In this document: in pieces, positions 1 to 8,197 of the stretch
Numbering within the stretch: position 1 is the stretch's first letter
Layout of the letters: each line of letters begins with the position of its first letter
The notes under the pieces: model-generated
What the model saw: the letters and a program-made list of their open reading frames with translations, nothing else
The model's database searches: none
What the model was told of the DNA's origin: nothing
Position numbers and translations under genes: made by a program
IMG/VR virus record: IMGVR_UViG_3300047368_000327
Span: 39,643 to 103,642 of that record
Source: a virus
Direction: 5' to 3' (one strand)
DNA length: 64,000 bases

Positions 1-1
1 A

Positions 2-199
2 TATATAATAGTCTCTATCCTTTAAGAGTTCAGACCTATTGGATACTATGCCTGATGTATGGGTCGGGGAATAATTATTCACCATGGTGATGTAAATACC
101 ACTATGTCTGTGAACTAACTCCTCGAGACTTTGCTCTGGGTCAACCCCAACTTGAAGGTTGCTTACTAATTGAACATCTGATAATAGGTTTGCTTGCAT
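2..199 (-). CDS. Probable phage sigma-70-family RNA polymerase sigma factor, N-terminal part (runs off the window start)
   Basis: Not in the ORF track. Hand translation from ATG at 199: MQANLLSDVQLVSNLQVGVDPEQSLEELVHRHSGIYITMVNNY...ELLKDRDYYI, open to the edge. The pattern SD..LV...SLEELV.RH...Y..MV..Y resembles sigma region 1.2/2.1. It has its own sigma70-like promoter. Confidence 0.55.
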   Translation of the reverse strand, partial: MQANLLSDVQLVSNLQVGVDPEQSLEELVHRHSGIYITMVNNYSPTHTSGIVSNRSELLKDRDYYI

Positions 200-217
200 A
201 GTTTTTGAAAAAAAATC

Positions 218-247
218 ACTATAACATATAATCATAGTGAATGTCAA
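218..247 (-). promoter_or_regulatory. Sigma70-like promoter for the leftward gene
   Basis: Minus strand: TTGACA (247-242), 18 nt, TATAGT (223-218) with an extended TG. It overlaps the inverted repeat CACTAT..ATAGTG (217-239). Confidence 0.6.
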
Positions 248-271
248 GTAAAATCGAACAAAAAAAACATA

Positions 272-336
272 AGGTCTTCGTAAGATATGAGGTCTCCGTA
301 AGACAAGGTCTACGTAAGGAATTAGGTCTACGTAAG
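272..336 (+). repeat. Four direct repeats AGGTCTNCGTAAG (iteron-like)
   Basis: Copies at 272, 290, 306 and 324 (spacing 18/16/18) in the divergent intergenic region, flanked by A-rich DNA. Confidence 0.85.
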
Positions 337-406
337 AATAATAAGGTTAACATGAGAGAAGCTTCAAAACCAAAGGTTTTTAAGCATTATAACATATAAT
401 GAAAAA

Positions 407-1201
407 ATGTCAAGTGAAAAAATTAAGTTAAGTATTTTTTGCTCGATATTCAAAGGGGCAAAATTTATCCATCATTACCTAGAGGATATAACTAGGCAGA
501 CAATATTCAATCAATGCGAATTAATTTTGATTGATGCGAATTCACCTGACGGTGAGGGTTTAGTAATAAGCAAATATTTAGAAAAGTACGAAAACATAAA
601 GTACATTAGATTGGACAAGGATCCTGGCTTATATGCATGCTGGAATATAGCGATAAAGGAATCCTCAGGACAGCTATTGAATAACGCTAACCTTGATGAT
701 TCAAAAAGAATTGACGCCCTTGAGATTCAATCTAATTATCTTAATGATAACCCCGACGTGGATTTAGTTTATGCAGACAGCCTAATATCTAATTTGATAA
801 ATTGCGATTATGATAAAGCATTAGTTAGCAGTAGGTATAGATATAATTTCCCCGACTTCTCCATAGCTAACTTAATAGATTGTAACCCACCACACCAATC
901 CCCCGTCTACAGAAAGAAGCTTCATGACAAGTTTGGTTACTTTGATGACAACTATAGATCTGCTGCGGATAGCGAATTTTGGCTAAGGTGCGCTTCGGGC
1001 GGATCCAATATGAGGAAGATAGAAGACGTACTAGGAGTTTATTATAATAACCCAATGGGTGTATCAACTAACCCCGGTAACGATGATTGGAAAATCAGGG
1101 AAGAAGTAGAAATCAGGGATAAGTATAAAGAATACGGAACTTTACACAGGGGTAACACTAGAAGGATAATTCACAATATGTCAAACCTCTTATCTTCGTG
1201 A
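407..1201 (+). CDS. Glycosyltransferase family 2
   Basis: GT-A N-terminus (ELILIDANSPDG), GLYACWN, NLDD, and FD..YRSAADSEFWLR motifs. Confidence 0.85.
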   Translation: MSSEKIKLSIFCSIFKGAKFIHHYLEDITRQTIFNQCELILIDANSPDGEGLVISKYLEKYENIKYIRLDKDPGLYACWNIAIKESSGQLLNNANLDDSKRIDALEIQSNYLNDNPDVDLVYADSLISNLINCDYDKALVSSRYRYNFPDFSIANLIDCNPPHQSPVYRKKLHDKFGYFDDNYRSAADSEFWLRCASGGSNMRKIEDVLGVYYNNPMGVSTNPGNDDWKIREEVEIRDKYKEYGTLHRGNTRRIIHNMSNLLSS

Positions 1202-1908
1202 GCCGATTAGGCATTGTGCAACCAGGAAGGCTCGGTGATATAATTATATGTTTACCGATTGCCAAATATTACAATAATTTAGGTTTTGAGGTTTTCTGGC
1301 CAGTTCTAGATGAATACCTACCATTATTCAATAATATAGATTACGTTACAGCTTTACCAATGAAAACAGATATAACAAGCTGCGTCCACCACGCCTATTC
1401 AATAACTAAAGGTTTTGAAAAAATAATCGACTTAAGTTTTGGCTTTCATTATAGCAAGATTCATCACAAATACCACGGAAACGATTCGTTTGCAACCAAC
1501 TTTGTTGAAGCAAAATATAAATTAGCTAACGTACCAATTACTGAAAGATGGAATCTCCAATATCATAGAAACAAGGAAAGGGAAAACAAACTTTTTAATA
1601 AACTGCATCAAGGCTTCAAGTATACCTTGGTTCACGGAGAATCCTCACAAGGCAAGCACGTAAATTTTTCAGGCGATAGTATAATAAAAGTTAGACCTAT
1701 TACTGGATTTAACATATTCGACTGGAGGAAGCTTGCCTTAAATGCAACCAAGATCTACTGCGTAGACAGCTCCTTCTGTAATTTCATTGAGTCTGATAAA
1801 TCTTTTAAAGATAAAGAAAAAATTTACATACCAGCCAAACTAATGGAAAGTAAATGGGGGTGGACAACTCTTGAAAACAATTGGATTATAGATGAGCCAA
1901 ACAAATAA
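1198..1908 (+). CDS. Putative glycosyltransferase (GT9/GT-B-like)
   Basis: QPGRLGDIIICLP and CVDSSF motifs resemble the heptosyltransferase-like fold; lies in the glycan operon. Confidence 0.5.
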   Translation: MSRLGIVQPGRLGDIIICLPIAKYYNNLGFEVFWPVLDEYLPLFNNIDYVTALPMKTDITSCVHHAYSITKGFEKIIDLSFGFHYSKIHHKYHGNDSFATNFVEAKYKLANVPITERWNLQYHRNKERENKLFNKLHQGFKYTLVHGESSQGKHVNFSGDSIIKVRPITGFNIFDWRKLALNATKIYCVDSSFCNFIESDKSFKDKEKIYIPAKLMESKWGWTTLENNWIIDEPNK

Positions 1909-2728
1909 AGGTTTAAAAATTTTACCAATTGAAAACGCTACCCAAGGCTGGTTAACTAAAGAAAGCTGCACTATAGTTGAATGCCCGCATGATGCAGATT
2001 TCATAATTTTCGAAAAAACCGGAGACCCCGAGCTCGAAATCAGGAGGTTAAAACAAAAATTCAACAAACACTTACATAAACTAGTTTTCATATTAAGTGG
2101 TGATATAGATTTCTCTGACAATACATCCATTTGGTTCTGCTCTAGCTTAAAACCGAATCATAAAAACAAATTTCAAATATATACATTAAATCCTAGGGTT
2201 TATAGACTAGACCCCGAATTAAAACCTAAAAAAATAAAAGGATTCTTTTCGGGCACGATCTGGAATACCCCAGAGAGACAATGCTTAAAGAATCTACCAA
2301 ATAACTGGGTTATCGAAGATCGAGACTGGTGGGGCGCAGACGAAAATTCTCAATTAAAACTATCCAAGCATACATATGACATGATGAGAAGTTCTTACTA
2401 CACGTTATGTCCTAAAGGTAAAGGCTCATCGTCCATGAGAGTATCCGAAGCATTAGCTTGCGGCTCGATACCTATATTAATTAACGACAACTCTAATCCA
2501 TTTTGTGAAAATTATGGAGGCATACCTATCAGGATAACTAAAGATGAAATATCTAATGTGAATAATATCATTGACGGCCTAGGAAACCCAAGCGAAAAAG
2601 AGCTGTTAAACTCGTTAATGTTTTATAAATCCAATATCTGTAAGAATAATATTACTACATGGACAATATGCAGTGGTTTTTCTCATAAAATAATATCAAC
2701 CCTTAAATTAATTAAAAGAACAATATGA
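1892..2728 (+). CDS. Exostosin-family (GT47) glycosyltransferase
   Basis: The C-terminal MRSSYYTLCPKGKGSSSMRVSEALACGSIPILIND is the GT47 signature. Confidence 0.8.
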   Translation: MSQTNKGLKILPIENATQGWLTKESCTIVECPHDADFIIFEKTGDPELEIRRLKQKFNKHLHKLVFILSGDIDFSDNTSIWFCSSLKPNHKNKFQIYTLNPRVYRLDPELKPKKIKGFFSGTIWNTPERQCLKNLPNNWVIEDRDWWGADENSQLKLSKHTYDMMRSSYYTLCPKGKGSSSMRVSEALACGSIPILINDNSNPFCENYGGIPIRITKDEISNVNNIIDGLGNPSEKELLNSLMFYKSNICKNNITTWTICSGFSHKIISTLKLIKRTI

Positions 2729-3300
2729 ACATAGTTCAAATCGGCGTAAACAAATCATTGGATGCTTGCCATAAATTCATACAATCAAACAAGGATTACA
2801 TAGAAAATATATACCTAGTAGAGCCACTGCCTAGCTGCATACCAGATATTAAGTCTGCATTCAAAAATTTTGATAATGTAAAAATATTCAACTTAGCCAT
2901 ATGCGACAATAACAGCGAAACTTCTTTAAAATTTTATTTCCCTGCAAATGACCCCAAAAGTGGCCACGCATCCTTTAAATACGACCACCTCTTAGCTCAC
3001 GGGCACAGACAAATAGATTCAATAGATATCGAATGCATAACTCTTGACGATTTTTTTAAAAACAATTCAATTGTTGATTGCGAAAGATTATATATTGATA
3101 CCGAAGGCCTTGATTGTTCAATATTATTGAATTTTAATTACCCTAAATATAATATCAAATATATTGAATTCGAAAAGATACACTCAGATGGTGCTTTCAC
3201 TCAGGGCCTTAATTACAAAAAATGCATCGATAAATTTAAAATGAACAATTATGAAATTAAACCGGTTGGCAAATGGAACTGCGCAGCAATTAATAAATGA
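2725..3300 (+). CDS. FkbM-family methyltransferase
   Basis: VQIG...LVEP...NLAI...ITLDDF...LYIDTEGLD motifs. Confidence 0.8.
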   Translation: MNIVQIGVNKSLDACHKFIQSNKDYIENIYLVEPLPSCIPDIKSAFKNFDNVKIFNLAICDNNSETSLKFYFPANDPKSGHASFKYDHLLAHGHRQIDSIDIECITLDDFFKNNSIVDCERLYIDTEGLDCSILLNFNYPKYNIKYIEFEKIHSDGAFTQGLNYKKCIDKFKMNNYEIKPVGKWNCAAINK

Positions 3301-4274
3301 AATGGCTATTAATATCAACTATAGGTAAAAACCCAGGAGATGAATTCATAAGGGTTGGCGTCAAGAACTTAATAAAAGAAGTAGACGAAAACTGCAGCAT
3401 AAAAGTACTAGATAAAGAAGCGCAAAGCATGCCTCACCCAGTTGAATTCGACAAATGCATCTGGGCGGGAATGCCTGTATTTTGGAGTTTATTTCAAAAC
3501 AACAATTGGAACATTAATTGGTGGAGGTATATGGTTGGCGGCTGGCCCTCTAAAGTTAAAAACAATTTTTGCGTACTGGGAGCCGGAAGCTTTCAGGACT
3601 GGTCAGATATAGACAGGGGCCTAGATCGAGCAAGCATGTCTCGCAGCGCCCAAGATCTTTCCAATAACTCATTCTTGGTTACAGCTAGAGATCCAATCGT
3701 AAATAACATATGTAACTCTAATTTCCCAACCCTCACCTGCCCAGCTATATTCTCTACGGCTAACAAAGAAAAGACTAAGTCAATCAAAGCCTGCAACCTA
3801 ATGCCAAATGGGGCCCATTACGATGTATTCAATCCCAGCGAAGGTAATGTTTGGCGCTCCATCCAAGAAGATTTGTCCTTAATATTAATAGATAATGGTT
3901 TTAAATTTTTCGCCCACTCAGATGCGGAACTTAACCACGCGATTGCATTAGGTTGGCAAACCAAGGATATCATATCTTACAATGGAGACCCAGATCAAAT
4001 GCTTGAACATTACAGGAATGTAGATATGTTCTTCGGCAATAGAGTTCATGGTTGCATAGTCTCTAGAGCCAATGGAGCCGATGTTATTTCCTGTGGCTAC
4101 GACTCTAGACAGGAGGCTGTTAAGATTTCCGGAGCAAAAGCCTTCCTACCTTCAAACATTGATCTGAATTTAATTTCAAAATGGGCCAGCTCGGAACCTA
4201 AAATAAATAAATTCGACATAAAGACACTGTCAAATAAATACATTGAAATATTAGAAAATTTTAAAAACAAATAA
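3297..4274 (+). CDS. Polysaccharide pyruvyltransferase-like protein
   Basis: N-terminal NPGDEFI, TARD, CPA and GNRVHG motifs typical of the PS pyruvyl transferase family. Confidence 0.65.
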   Translation: MKWLLISTIGKNPGDEFIRVGVKNLIKEVDENCSIKVLDKEAQSMPHPVEFDKCIWAGMPVFWSLFQNNNWNINWWRYMVGGWPSKVKNNFCVLGAGSFQDWSDIDRGLDRASMSRSAQDLSNNSFLVTARDPIVNNICNSNFPTLTCPAIFSTANKEKTKSIKACNLMPNGAHYDVFNPSEGNVWRSIQEDLSLILIDNGFKFFAHSDAELNHAIALGWQTKDIISYNGDPDQMLEHYRNVDMFFGNRVHGCIVSRANGADVISCGYDSRQEAVKISGAKAFLPSNIDLNLISKWASSEPKINKFDIKTLSNKYIEILENFKNK

Positions 4275-4314
4275 AAACGTTTAAAAAATAACCTTAACTC
4301 ATTATCATCTAATA

Positions 4315-5367
4315 ATGAAAAAAATAATCATAACAGGAGTAACAGGTCAAGACGGAAGCCATATGGCCGACTATTTAATAGATTTATTGACCGAAGAATT
4401 ATGTGAATCTGGATTCAAGATATACGGCGCGGTAAGACGTCTTAGTGTAAAGAATCACGAGAACATTATTCACCTTGAAGACCATCCTAATTTTAAATTA
4501 ATCAACATGGATCTCAATGATGCCCACAGTATGCGGGATGTGATCATTGACATACAGCCTGACTATTTCATAAACTTCGCAGCTCAATCCTTTGTCGCTG
4601 GAAGTTGGGATTACCCCATTCAGACTTGGGATACTGACGCTGATGCCGTACTTCATATACTTGAGTCGATCCGTAGATTTTCCCCCAAATGCAGGTTTTA
4701 TAACGCTGGATCTTCTGAAGAATTTGGTGATGTTGTTTGTGTGCCTCAAGATGAAAATCACCCACTTAGACCACAGTCTCCATATGGTGCCGCAAAATGT
4801 GCAGCCCGACATATCGTCAGAGTATACAGGGAGTCTTACAATTTGTATGCAGTTCAAGGTTGGTTATTCAATCACGAGGGAACTCGCAGGGGCTTAGATT
4901 TTGTTACTAGAAAAATAACTAATAGTGTTGCTAAAATTAAACTTGCATTAGAAAACGGAAAAGAGATACCAATATTAAAACTTGGCAACCTCGAAGCAAA
5001 GCGGGACTGGAGCGACGCAGAAGACTTCATGTCTGGTGTATGGATTATGTTGAATCAAGATAAGCCAAAGAACTACGTTTTAGGTAGTGGAGAAATGCAT
5101 AGCGTGAGAGAGTTCCTAGAGACAACCCTGAAATTTGCCGGTATTGAATTCTACTCAGAAGGAAAAAATGATAACGAAAAGTTTTATACGAAAAAAGGTA
5201 AATTATTCTTCGAGGTTAGTCCTAAATTTTATAGACCGGCCGAAGTCCATAAGCTTTGTGGCGACTGCAGTTTAGCGGAAAAAGAAATGGGCTGGGTTCG
5301 TAAAACAGATTTTCCTGGTTTAGTTAAAAAGATGTACGAAAACGATTACCGACTATTGTCTAAGTGA
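4315..5367 (+). CDS. gmd: GDP-mannose 4,6-dehydratase
   Basis: ITGVTGQDGS, AAQSFV, SSEEFG, PQSPYGAAK, LFNHE, FVTRKI, LGNL.AKRDW and FYRPAEV. Confidence 0.96.
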   Translation: MKKIIITGVTGQDGSHMADYLIDLLTEELCESGFKIYGAVRRLSVKNHENIIHLEDHPNFKLINMDLNDAHSMRDVIIDIQPDYFINFAAQSFVAGSWDYPIQTWDTDADAVLHILESIRRFSPKCRFYNAGSSEEFGDVVCVPQDENHPLRPQSPYGAAKCAARHIVRVYRESYNLYAVQGWLFNHEGTRRGLDFVTRKITNSVAKIKLALENGKEIPILKLGNLEAKRDWSDAEDFMSGVWIMLNQDKPKNYVLGSGEMHSVREFLETTLKFAGIEFYSEGKNDNEKFYTKKGKLFFEVSPKFYRPAEVHKLCGDCSLAEKEMGWVRKTDFPGLVKKMYENDYRLLSK

Positions 5368-6320
5368 AACATAGTAAAGTTTTTATTGCTGGGCACCGAG
5401 GGATGGTTGGCTCAGCAATCCTGAACAAATTAAAGTCAAAAGGCTACACAGACATAGTCACAAAAACCAGAAGTGAGCTGAATTTACTTAGCCAAGAATC
5501 TGTAAACGAGTTCTTCAAAAGCAATGGTATAGATTACGTAGTACTTTGCGCCGCAAAAGTAGGAGGTATACTAGCAAACAATACATACAGGGGAGACTTT
5601 ATATACGAAAACCTACAGATAGCTTCAAATATCATAAAGTCCTCCCATGATTTCAATGTAAAAAAACTAATCAATCTTGGCTCATCATGCATCTACCCAA
5701 GAGACGCCAAGATACCAATTAAGGAGGAATATCTGCTTACTGGCCCGCTTGAATACACAAACGAGCCTTATGCTATATCTAAAATTGCAGCCCTCAAAAT
5801 GTGCGAAAGTTTTTACAAACAGTATGGTGATAATTTTTATTCAATCATGCCCTGCAACTTATATGGCCCAAGAGACAACTTCGATCTAGAAAGCTCACAT
5901 GTATTGCCAGCGTTAATAAACAAAATTCATTGCGCCAAATTAAAAGGCAACCTCAGTATAGATGTCTGGGGCAGCGGCAAACCCCTTAGGGAGTTCTTAT
6001 ATGTTGACGATCTAGCTAAGGCCGCACTACTATGCCTAGAGGGTGTCGAGGCATCCAGCATATATGAATCCGGTATATCTCACTTAAATTGCGGATCAAA
6101 TGACGAAGTTTCAATTATAGAATTAACCAACATTATTAAAAGTATTATAGAGTACCACGGGGACATAATCTTCGACTCCTCCAAGCCAGACGGAACATTC
6201 AGAAAGAAAATGGATAATAGTAGGATCCAAAAACTAGGGTTCAAACAAGAAAACAATCTAAAACAAGGTATAGAAAAAACATACAATTGGTACATGAAAA
6301 ACTTAAGAATTGATTGCTAA
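5364..6320 (+). CDS. fcl: GDP-L-fucose synthase
   Basis: AGHRGMVGSA, AAKVGGILAN, LGSSCIYP, LEYTNEPYA..K, SHVLPAL, WGSGKPLREF and KPDG; adjacent to gmd. Confidence 0.95.
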   Translation: MKHSKVFIAGHRGMVGSAILNKLKSKGYTDIVTKTRSELNLLSQESVNEFFKSNGIDYVVLCAAKVGGILANNTYRGDFIYENLQIASNIIKSSHDFNVKKLINLGSSCIYPRDAKIPIKEEYLLTGPLEYTNEPYAISKIAALKMCESFYKQYGDNFYSIMPCNLYGPRDNFDLESSHVLPALINKIHCAKLKGNLSIDVWGSGKPLREFLYVDDLAKAALLCLEGVEASSIYESGISHLNCGSNDEVSIIELTNIIKSIIEYHGDIIFDSSKPDGTFRKKMDNSRIQKLGFKQENNLKQGIEKTYNWYMKNLRIDC

Positions 6321-6338
6321 ACAGGTGTATACATAAGT

Positions 6339-7250
6339 ATGTCAAATAAAAAATGTTTAGTTACTGGAGGGGCTGGTTTTATAGGAAGCCACCTAGTTGA
6401 AAGATTACTTAAAGCCGGACATAAAGTCGTTGTGGTAGACGACGAGTCCTCAACAGCGAATTCAAATTTTACATGGAGGAGCGATTGCGAAAACCATAAA
6501 GTTGATATTTGTGATTTTGACAAACTAGAACCACTATTCAAGGGGGTTGACTTAGTTTTTCATCTGGCTGCTAGATCAAGAATACAAATTTGTGTACAGG
6601 ACCCATCTGACGCAGTAAAAAATAACTCTCTTGGAACTGTTAATGTACTTCAAGCTGCCAGACTCAACAATTGCAAACGAGTCATGTTTGCTGGAACCTC
6701 TTCTTGCTACGGCTTATCAAATCCAATACCACTAAAAGAGGACATGCCAAATGACTGCCTAAATCCCTATTCTGTAAGCAAAGCTAATTGCGAAGAGCTC
6801 TGCAAGATGTACACTAAGTTATTTGGATTAGAAACTGTATTGTTTAGATTTTTTAATGTTTATGGTGACCGCCAACCCTTGGCTGGTGACTACGCCCCCG
6901 TGGTTGGATTATTTTTTAGGCAAAAATCATCAGGAGAGCCAATGACTGTAGTCGGTGACGGCTTACAAACAAGGGATTACACACATGTAAAAGATATAGT
7001 TGAAGCGATGTTTCTGGCCGGAGAATCAAATAACAAACAGATAGTTGGCGAGCTTTTTAATTTAGGCACAGGAAGAAATCACTCAGTACTAGATTTAGTT
7101 AAACTTACTGATGGTGAACATATACACATAGACGCCAGGCCAGGCGAATCTCGCGAAACATTAGCCGACAACACTAAAGCTAAAAACATGCTAAACTGGA
7201 ACCCCTCTAGAAAGCTAGAGGAATGGATTGATAAAAATCGCCCAAAATGA
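6339..7250 (+). CDS. NAD-dependent nucleotide-sugar epimerase/dehydratase (extended SDR)
   Basis: TGGAGFIGSH, HLAA, YSVSK (YxxxK), RFFNVYG and GDGLQTRD. Confidence 0.9.
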   Translation: MSNKKCLVTGGAGFIGSHLVERLLKAGHKVVVVDDESSTANSNFTWRSDCENHKVDICDFDKLEPLFKGVDLVFHLAARSRIQICVQDPSDAVKNNSLGTVNVLQAARLNNCKRVMFAGTSSCYGLSNPIPLKEDMPNDCLNPYSVSKANCEELCKMYTKLFGLETVLFRFFNVYGDRQPLAGDYAPVVGLFFRQKSSGEPMTVVGDGLQTRDYTHVKDIVEAMFLAGESNNKQIVGELFNLGTGRNHSVLDLVKLTDGEHIHIDARPGESRETLADNTKAKNMLNWNPSRKLEEWIDKNRPK

Positions 7251-8086
7251 AGATAGGAGTAATAGGCAACGGGTTTGTGGGTTCGGCCGTCGCAAACGGC
7301 TTCAGTAAATACAATGTAAAAGTTTTTGATAAAAACCCAGATTTATCAACTCACACATTAAAAGATGTAGTCTCACAGGATTTCGTTTTTATCTGTGTGC
7401 CAACTCCGATGAAAAATACAATGGGCGATGATTGTAATTTATCAATAATAGAGTCATGCTTCAGGGATATAGAGGAAATTGGCTCAAACGCTATCTTAAT
7501 AGTTAAATCTACTGTCCCCATTGGCACAACATCAAGACTGCAATCGGAATACGGTAGTTTAAATATTGTTCATTCCCCCGAGTTCTTGACTGCCAAATTC
7601 GCAAAAGAAGACTTCTTGAACGCAGATAGACATATCATAGGTTATACAGATAAAGAATCCAGCGGTATAGAAGCTTTAAATTTATTTCAAAAAGCTTTCC
7701 CTAATATTCCGTGCTTGATAATGAAAAGTATAGAGTCAGAGTCCGTAAAATATATAGCTAATTGTTTTTTTGCAACTAAGGTTAGTTTTTTTAATGAAAT
7801 ACATCTGCTCACAGAAAAGCTTGGCCTCAACTGGAACTCAATTATTAAAGGTGTAACAGGGGACAGGAGAATAGGTTGTTCACACTATCAAGTACCAGGC
7901 CACGATGGAGACAAAGGTTTTGGGGGTACATGCTTCCCTAAGGATATAAATGCATTAATCGCCACTTTTGAAAAAAACGGGATCGACCCAAAAGTATTAA
8001 AGTCGGCTTGGTCTAGAAATCTAGACGTAAGAAGCGACTTAGACTGGGCGAGGTCCAGTTCAGCAGTAGACAACAACGATTGTTAA
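7247..8086 (+). CDS. ugd: UDP-glucose/GDP-mannose dehydrogenase family protein, lacking the C-terminal domain
   Basis: GNGFVG, CVPTP, KSTVPIGT, PEFL, KY..N.F.A.K and GFGGTCFPKD with the catalytic Cys. Only 279 aa. Confidence 0.85.
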   Translation: MKIGVIGNGFVGSAVANGFSKYNVKVFDKNPDLSTHTLKDVVSQDFVFICVPTPMKNTMGDDCNLSIIESCFRDIEEIGSNAILIVKSTVPIGTTSRLQSEYGSLNIVHSPEFLTAKFAKEDFLNADRHIIGYTDKESSGIEALNLFQKAFPNIPCLIMKSIESESVKYIANCFFATKVSFFNEIHLLTEKLGLNWNSIIKGVTGDRRIGCSHYQVPGHDGDKGFGGTCFPKDINALIATFEKNGIDPKVLKSAWSRNLDVRSDLDWARSSSAVDNNDC

Positions 8087-8105
8087 TAAGTCTATATCTT
8101 TTTGC

Positions 8106-8134
8106 TTGATATACACAAAATTTTGTGTTAAACT
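8106..8134 (+). promoter_or_regulatory. Sigma70-like nrdA promoter containing a perfect 16-bp palindrome (NrdR-box-like)
   Basis: TTGATA-17 nt-TAAACT; ACACAAAATTTTGTGT at 8113-8128. Confidence 0.6.
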
Positions 8135-8197
8135 AAGCATTTAGTAAAAAATACAAGATTTAATAAATCTAACCCCTATACAGTGTAAAATATTTTC

